From Elsinoe ampelina (taxonomy: Eukaryota), in the NCBI GenBank assembly GCA_010093995.1, contig ML992505.1, forward strand, positions 1,780,670 through 1,814,543: a stretch of 33,874 nt of DNA, in the 5' to 3' direction. Positions within the stretch are counted from its first letter, which is position 1; each line of letters opens with the position of its first letter. This document shows positions 32,990 to 33,874 of the stretch, in pieces. The notes below the pieces were generated by a model that saw only the letters and a list, made by a program, of their open reading frames with translations, was not told where the DNA came from and searched no databases. The position numbers and the translations under genes are program-made.

Positions 32990-33874
32990 CTACCACTCTA
33001 CTAATTCATGATTAAATTAGATAGTTATTGTCTTAATCTATTGCTATTAAGGAGTTCTTTTGATTTAGCTATCTTTTAGTACACTAGGTTAAGTATTTAT
33101 GTAGTTATAATCTACCTTAGTTTAGTAGATTAGGTAGTAATTAATCCTTTTTCCTCCCCTATACAAGTTAATAGTTATAAGCCCGGTATAACTACCCCTA
33201 TATAAGTAGATTACTTAGTTGCTTTTCTACTCTATCTATTAGTTAATTCTCTATTATCTCGCTTTTTAAGTATTAGAATCTGTTAAGAACTGCCTTAATT
33301 ACAACTATAGGATTTAGGTATTAATAAAGAGATAAATAACTATAGATATAAACACCTTAATAGCTAGAACACCTATTATTCTTACTACATTAGCTGAATA
33401 GGCTAGCTAGCTATATATTATTAAGATAAGAGCTTTAAACACTAAGATATAGGACCTTATTAATCCCTAGAAGACTATTAAGCTAGAGAAGCTCCCTAAG
33501 CCTTAGAGACTAGAAGTAGTAAATGCTAACTTCTTAGCACTCTTCTAGATATATAAGAAGGAACAAGCATAACATAATAAACAGTACAAGGCCTTAGCTA
33601 ATTTAGCTAGCCTTATTTAGTTATTAATTGTACTATAAGTTCTTACTATTATCTAACTAGAAGGGGATTCTTATCTATAGGCTATCCTTAGGGCATTAAA
33701 GAACAGATTTGCTCTATCTAATGTAGCTATATAGCTTAAAGTTAAAGCACTCTAGAGGAAGTAGCTATCTAGCTCTTCCTTATAGAATATAGACTATTAG
33801 CTTTAGTAATAGGAAGAGGTTATAGATAAGGCTAGGAACTATAATCTACTAGAAGCTTAAGGCTTAAGGCTATA
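32990..33874. mobile_element. RIP-degenerated repeat, probably a transposon relic, running off the window edge
   Basis: Abrupt shift to AT-rich sequence dense in TpA (TAG, CTA, TAA, TATA) and depleted of CpA/TpG, with no ORF in the track. This is the established signature of repeat-induced point mutation. The element class is not identifiable by eye. Confidence 0.85.

Noticed and set aside
1..33874. CRISPR arrays, rRNA/tRNA genes, secondary-metabolite cluster
   Set aside because: No spaced direct repeats, RNA-gene signatures or PKS/NRPS/terpene backbone genes were seen by eye; an MFS plus a transcription factor alone do not make a cluster.

Overview
Eukaryotic DNA from a filamentous ascomycete. 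Short 44-52 nt GT-AG introns with CTRAC branch points and a RIP-type AT-rich block support this; Dothideomycete affinity is only an inference. Genes in order: a 5'-truncated SMP-30/gluconolactonase gene; a bZIP transcription factor inside about 5 kb and 4.6 kb of gene-poor flank; a twin-CX9C protein; an island of three diverged F-box-like/LRR-like paralogs with an unrelated hypothetical gene among them; a four-exon stand-alone LigD-type 3'-phosphoesterase; a 14-TMS MFS transporter; ILV1; RCF1; a ZZ-finger/EF-hand protein; and the edge of a RIP-mutated repeat. Two signals stand out. First, the F-box-like trio keeps an invariant His/Cys motif set (HxFSxxEGFPxCxTxAPH, ExxC, LGHxxNT, FxC) that I cannot assign to a named family. 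Second, five sharp C-rich to G-rich skew switches occur regardless of gene strand and extend into introns.
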